From: Escherichia phage phi2013
Direction: 5' to 3' (one strand)
Length of the DNA: 49,833 bases
Sequence record: MT427400.3
Made by a program: the position numbers and the translations under genes. Within the stretch, counting starts at the first letter, position 1. Each line of letters starts with the position of its first letter. A model generated the notes under the pieces. It ran no database searches, had not been told where the DNA came from, and saw only the letters and a program-made list of their open reading frames with translations. Positions 46,814-49,833 of this stretch are shown here, one piece after another.

Positions 46814-47177
46814 ACAATGCCTCTTTAACACGATCCGCTACACATGAGTTAACGGTGATTGAATAGTTAGCCACGCCCCATAATGCAATATTGCCAAGCT
46901 CGGTACGCATTGATGGATTGTTTAGCTGAATGATTGTCTCGCCAGTATCTTTATCGACGAAGCGAGACACGCCAGAATGGTCCACCACGCGCGTTACTCG
47001 GTTCACGCACTCCATTGCATCACTTACACCATAATAGGCGGTTAGGGCGGCTCTCACGGCCTTCTCTTGCTTGTTGTAAATCTTGCGAGCGATGTTCTCG
47101 ATCGCTACGCTTTCTTTCTCGTCAGTCTGGATTGCCGTGCTGGCTGAGAAGTCCAGATCTGTGAACTGCTTAAACAT
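46806..47177 (-). CDS. hypothetical protein
   Basis: ATG 47177 after SD acgagga; promoter cassette immediately upstream. Confidence 0.5.
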   Translation of the reverse strand: MFKQFTDLDFSASTAIQTDEKESVAIENIARKIYNKQEKAVRAALTAYYGVSDAMECVNRVTRVVDHSGVSRFVDKDTGETIIQLNNPSMRTELGNIALWGVANYSITVNSCVADRVKEALYE

Positions 47178-47208
47178 GATTATTTCCTCGTTTGCTGCTG
47201 ATGGGATG

Positions 47209-47252
47209 ACTATACCAGCCATCCCGGATGCGCGTTTAGCAAAAAGTGCTAT
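47209..47252 (-). promoter_or_regulatory. promoter cassette (minus strand)
   Basis: minus-strand tagcactttttgctaaa, 22-bp spacer with gggatg/catccc dyad, TATAGT. Confidence 0.5.
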
Positions 47253-47438
47253 TTAGAATTTTACTTCCTCAACAAGCTCAACCATTTTATAACCCAGGCG
47301 ATATGAGTCGCCGAACAACAACAGACCCATAAATTCATCGTTGGTTATCGACTCCTTACCAACAGTTTTAAGTTCTCCGTTGTGAATCACAGTATCGCCG
47401 ATCTTGATTTCTGATTTATGCACTAATTTCGTTTTCAT
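47253..47438 (-). CDS. hypothetical protein
   Basis: 61-aa ORF. Confidence 0.4.
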   Translation of the reverse strand: MKTKLVHKSEIKIGDTVIHNGELKTVGKESITNDEFMGLLLFGDSYRLGYKMVELVEEVKF

Positions 47439-47453
47439 TTGTTAGCCTGTTAA

Positions 47454-47639
47454 TTAAAAGAACGCTACATAGTTTGCAATACCTTTTGCATCGTCGTTAG
47501 GCATCGCCTTGACAGCCAGGTCATAACCAGCCTCTACCTTCTGCTTTGCTGATTCTTCGTTGTATCCCCAAATAACCAGGATTTTAACTACGTTTTCTTT
47601 GTTCAGAACTTTAAGGTATTTAGTGATGCGACGTGCCAT
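47454..47639 (-). CDS. hypothetical protein
   Basis: ATG 47639 after SD gagga; track start 47654 is TTG. Confidence 0.45.
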   Translation of the reverse strand: MARRITKYLKVLNKENVVKILVIWGYNEESAKQKVEAGYDLAVKAMPNDDAKGIANYVAFF

Positions 47640-47672
47640 TTTGTTTTTCCTCAATCTCGTTTCGATGAGGTA

Positions 47673-47717
47673 ATTATGCCAAATCGCACCGATCGAGTTT
47701 TAACAAAAAGTGCTATT
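47673..47717 (-). promoter_or_regulatory. promoter cassette (minus strand)
   Basis: minus-strand tagcactttttgttaaa, 22-bp spacer, CATAAT. Confidence 0.45.
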
Positions 47718-48404
47718 TGCGATCGCTTTGAAAAATCCACGAGGAGATAAGGAACGTATCAGCTTCGTTTTGGCAGACTTGCCGCCCAGCTTGTTTTGCT
47801 GTGCAGAGTACCCGTCAGGCAGGTTTACAGGCTTCCTTTCTGGCATGACAAAGTCGTCCGAAGTCCAAAGACAAGTTTTCTTCGGGTAAGCATCGCGCGG
47901 CGCAATATACATCGGGAACCAGGGGTGTGCGTCATTCTCAGGAAGATAGCCGCCATACTCCCAGGGATTGAAAGTGTGGTCAGCCTTTCGCCAGGCTGAT
48001 GACAGGACGCTAACCGGATTCTCAATGATGTAAGTCACACCCAGGCTATCACCGATGTTCGCGGCAATCCGGGCGGTGGCAACAGCTTTCTCCTGGAATA
48101 GCGGATCACGTTTACGCTTGCTGGCAAAGTGTCGAGCACCACTAACGGCCAGGTCAGTGCACGGCGGGAAGGCCATAATGAAATCCGGCTTGCCATACAC
48201 ACCCGCGATCGCATCACGTTCGAACGTTTCATCAATGAACACGTTCACATACTCAATGTTGGGATGCTCTACCCGGGCATTGTACTTTGCATAATCTCCG
48301 TGATCGGCTCCGTCAAAGTTGAAGCACATCACTTTATGACCTTGCTTTGCCAGTTCATGACCAGCCAGGCCCGAGCCGTCGAATAGTGACCAGATTAATT
48401 TCAT
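47700..48404 (-). CDS. compact DNA (cytosine-5)-methyltransferase-like protein
   Basis: motif I-like LFDGSG, motif IV-like FPPC, motif VI-like IIENP; SD aggagg; only 234 aa. Confidence 0.5.
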   Translation of the reverse strand: MKLIWSLFDGSGLAGHELAKQGHKVMCFNFDGADHGDYAKYNARVEHPNIEYVNVFIDETFERDAIAGVYGKPDFIMAFPPCTDLAVSGARHFASKRKRDPLFQEKAVATARIAANIGDSLGVTYIIENPVSVLSSAWRKADHTFNPWEYGGYLPENDAHPWFPMYIAPRDAYPKKTCLWTSDDFVMPERKPVNLPDGYSAQQNKLGGKSAKTKLIRSLSPRGFFKAIANSTFC

Positions 48405-48613
48405 TTCGTTACCTCCTGGAAAACAGTTTGTCCGCTATTGGTCAGGAAGCGCCCGATCTTATTCATTGACCGGAACACGCCGATCTGATTCTGATGATTG
48501 TCAGTCGCGAAGTAACCGCCATCAATAAGGTAGATTTCATACACTGATTGATTCGTGAAGCTGTCAGTGCTGACGCTAACACATCGTACGGTACATTCAA
48601 ATTCTGGTTCCAT
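48401..48613 (-). CDS. hypothetical protein
   Basis: 70 aa; stop overlaps methyltransferase start. Confidence 0.45.
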   Translation of the reverse strand: MEPEFECTVRCVSVSTDSFTNQSVYEIYLIDGGYFATDNHQNQIGVFRSMNKIGRFLTNSGQTVFQEVTK

Positions 48614-48645
48614 TGCCTGAGTCCTCTGATTGGTTGATGTGATGA

Positions 48646-48690
48646 ATCATACCCTGCCGACCTGGCTGAGTCGTTAGCAAAAAATGCTAT
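48646..48690 (-). promoter_or_regulatory. promoter cassette (minus strand, approximate)
   Basis: minus-strand tagcattttttgctaa then about 22-23 bp then TATGAT. Confidence 0.4.
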
Positions 48691-48740
48691 TCCAATAATT
48701 GCTCATTATTCCATCAATAGCGGAATAGGTGGAATAATTC

Positions 48741-48830
48741 TGATTGCGATTGATTGCAAATGATGAAACGTGATTATTGCATGGTTTGCAACAGTTGGTT
48801 GATTTGTTGCTTAGATTGCAATGATTGTGA
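48741..48830. repeat. imperfect tandem array with 10-bp period (TGATTGCnAT-like units)
   Basis: tgattgcgat / tgattgcaaa / tgatgaaacg / tgattattgc at 48741-48780, further gattgcaatgattg copies to 48830. Confidence 0.55.
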
Positions 48831-48832
48831 GA

Positions 48833-48839
48833 GGGGGGG
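48833..48839. repeat. G7 homopolymer tract
   Basis: ggggggg in an otherwise AT-rich noncoding region. Confidence 0.7.
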
Positions 48840-49000
48840 ATCTAGTGTTGCCCGGTTCGCCTGGTAGTCATCTCCATTTTTAGCAAAAAGTGCTATCGAT
48901 TACACTTTACCTTGTCACAGATGTAATATTTGTCTAGAATCGCACTTGTGACAAAATTACACACTGTGACGCCTCTAAATATACATATAGATATATGTAT

Positions 49001-49017
49001 CTATATAATATATATAG
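49001..49017. repeat. 17-bp AT-rich repeat CTATATAATATATATAG (copy 2)
   Basis: exact match to 29902-29918. Confidence 0.65.
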
Positions 49018-49240
49018 TGTTTTCTTTATTTATATATATAGATAATTATATTGTAATAGTTGTGTATAGTTGTCTTACATTGTCTAGCGTACTGTTGGCA
49101 TATTTCTATCTGCATGTTTATATATACAGTACTTTTTTGAGAGCTATATATTTCTATAGTGACTCTAGACAGCTAGACAAATGTTACACAGCTTAATATC
49201 GGCTCGCAGTCATTGACAGCTCTGTATCGCACTGTCACAA

Positions 49241-49255
49241 TGTCAATTGTTGACA
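49241..49255. repeat. perfect palindrome TGTCAA-TTG-TTGACA
   Basis: 6-bp arms; nearby related half-sites tgtcaca, tgtgaca, ctagaca, tgtctag. Confidence 0.6.
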
Positions 49256-49299
49256 CATTATGACGCCATTTACACACGAATAGACAAAGAGGATATATT

Positions 49300-49815
49300 A
49301 TGAGCAATACCAATCAGGAATTAAAAATCACCGATATGATTCGACTAACCTGCGATGCAATGTATCGCGACAAAGGCATGAATGAGTTCTCTTTCGTGGC
49401 TGATGATATGGCCCTCGAGGCCGCGCGATTCTACTTCCGTGACCAGGAGGTAAGTGATAGCGATCTTGAATCTGCCGCTGCCGGATGGGTGGACCAGAAC
49501 CAGGGTGAGGTGGAGAAGCGATTCAAGTCTGCTTTCATTACGCCAATCATTACCCGGCACTTTTGCAAGTATGGCAAGGTGGCAAAGGTGAAGGTAGGCC
49601 GGAATGACGCTGCAATCACAATGATAACGGTTATCGTTACCGACGAAGAGATTCCCGTGAAGAAGCGCCGCAGTCGGAAGAAAGTTAGCCTGGCCGATTG
49701 CCTGGATTCGTTTGTGGTTGATGTGGGTAAACTGGCTGATAGCGAATTGATGACTCGTGACGTAAACGAGATCGTTCGCCAGATGAAGGCGCATATCGAA
49801 AAGTGTGGACTGTAA
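49300..49815 (+). CDS. hypothetical protein (first rightward gene after the noncoding hub)
   Basis: 171 aa; SD aaagagga; stop lies inside the terminal 26-bp repeat. Confidence 0.55.
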   Translation: MSNTNQELKITDMIRLTCDAMYRDKGMNEFSFVADDMALEAARFYFRDQEVSDSDLESAAAGWVDQNQGEVEKRFKSAFITPIITRHFCKYGKVAKVKVGRNDAAITMITVIVTDEEIPVKKRRSRKKVSLADCLDSFVVDVGKLADSELMTRDVNEIVRQMKAHIEKCGL

Positions 49816-49827
49816 GCACTGAGCGGT
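49802..49827. repeat. terminal direct repeat, identical to 7-32
   Basis: agtgtggactgtaagcactgagcggt at both window ends. Confidence 0.8.
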
Positions 49828-49833
49828 TTAATC

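Noticed and set aside
48930-49196. Track ORF 48930-49196 (88 aa, IYIIYIV-type low complexity)
   Set aside because: It lies wholly in the AT-rich repeat block, its translation is low-complexity from TATATA repeats, and it has no SD; it is better explained as noncoding regulatory or origin DNA.
1-49833. Lysogeny module (integrase, CI/Cro switch, attP) or integrated mobile element
   Set aside because: No ORF shows recombinase hallmarks or size, and there is no tRNA or attachment-like duplication beyond the terminal 26-bp overlap. The single HTH protein is interpreted as a lytic-cycle regulator. The genome looks virulent.

Overview
This 49,833-bp window reads as an essentially complete genome of a virulent, T1-like siphovirus (Drexlerviridae-like) of an enterobacterial host. 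No integrase, CI-type repressor, tRNA or CRISPR array was seen. All calls rest on reading the sequence and the supplied ORF track, plus recalled family motifs; no database search was run, so every homology statement needs confirmation. Layout: (i) 0.1-8.3 kb, about 22 small rightward early genes, eight of them behind a near-identical promoter-like cassette; (ii) 8.4-29.5 kb, packaging, head and tail genes (TerS, TerL, portal, Mu-F-like head protein, scaffold, Ig-like decoration paralogs, major capsid, major tail, chaperone with -1 frameshift, tape measure, lambda-like M-L-K-I-J tip); (iii) 29.5-30.3 kb, a leftward lipoprotein gene and a 520-bp repeat-rich noncoding region; (iv) 30.3-41.7 kb, recombination and replication genes (RecE-like exonuclease, Erf, SSB, primase, HTH regulator, SF2 helicase, VRR-NUC nuclease, Dam-type methyltransferase, metallophosphoesterase) with a leftward tail-fibre gene embedded; (v) 41.8-42.9 kb, lysis cassette (holin, GH24 endolysin, unimolecular spanin); (vi) 43.1-48.6 kb, a leftward block of 12 mostly unknown genes including a P-loop ATPase and a compact C5-methyltransferase-like protein; (vii) 48.6-49.3 kb, the largest noncoding region, with tandem 10-bp repeats, palindromes and a G7 tract. 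The first and last ~26 bp of the window are identical. The most notable observations are a palindrome-plus-promoter cassette present about 20 times on both strands, two repeat-rich noncoding hubs sharing an exact 17-mer, the chaperone frameshift site, an early ORF broken by an in-frame TAA, and a small acidic protein whose C-terminus resembles the SSB tail.
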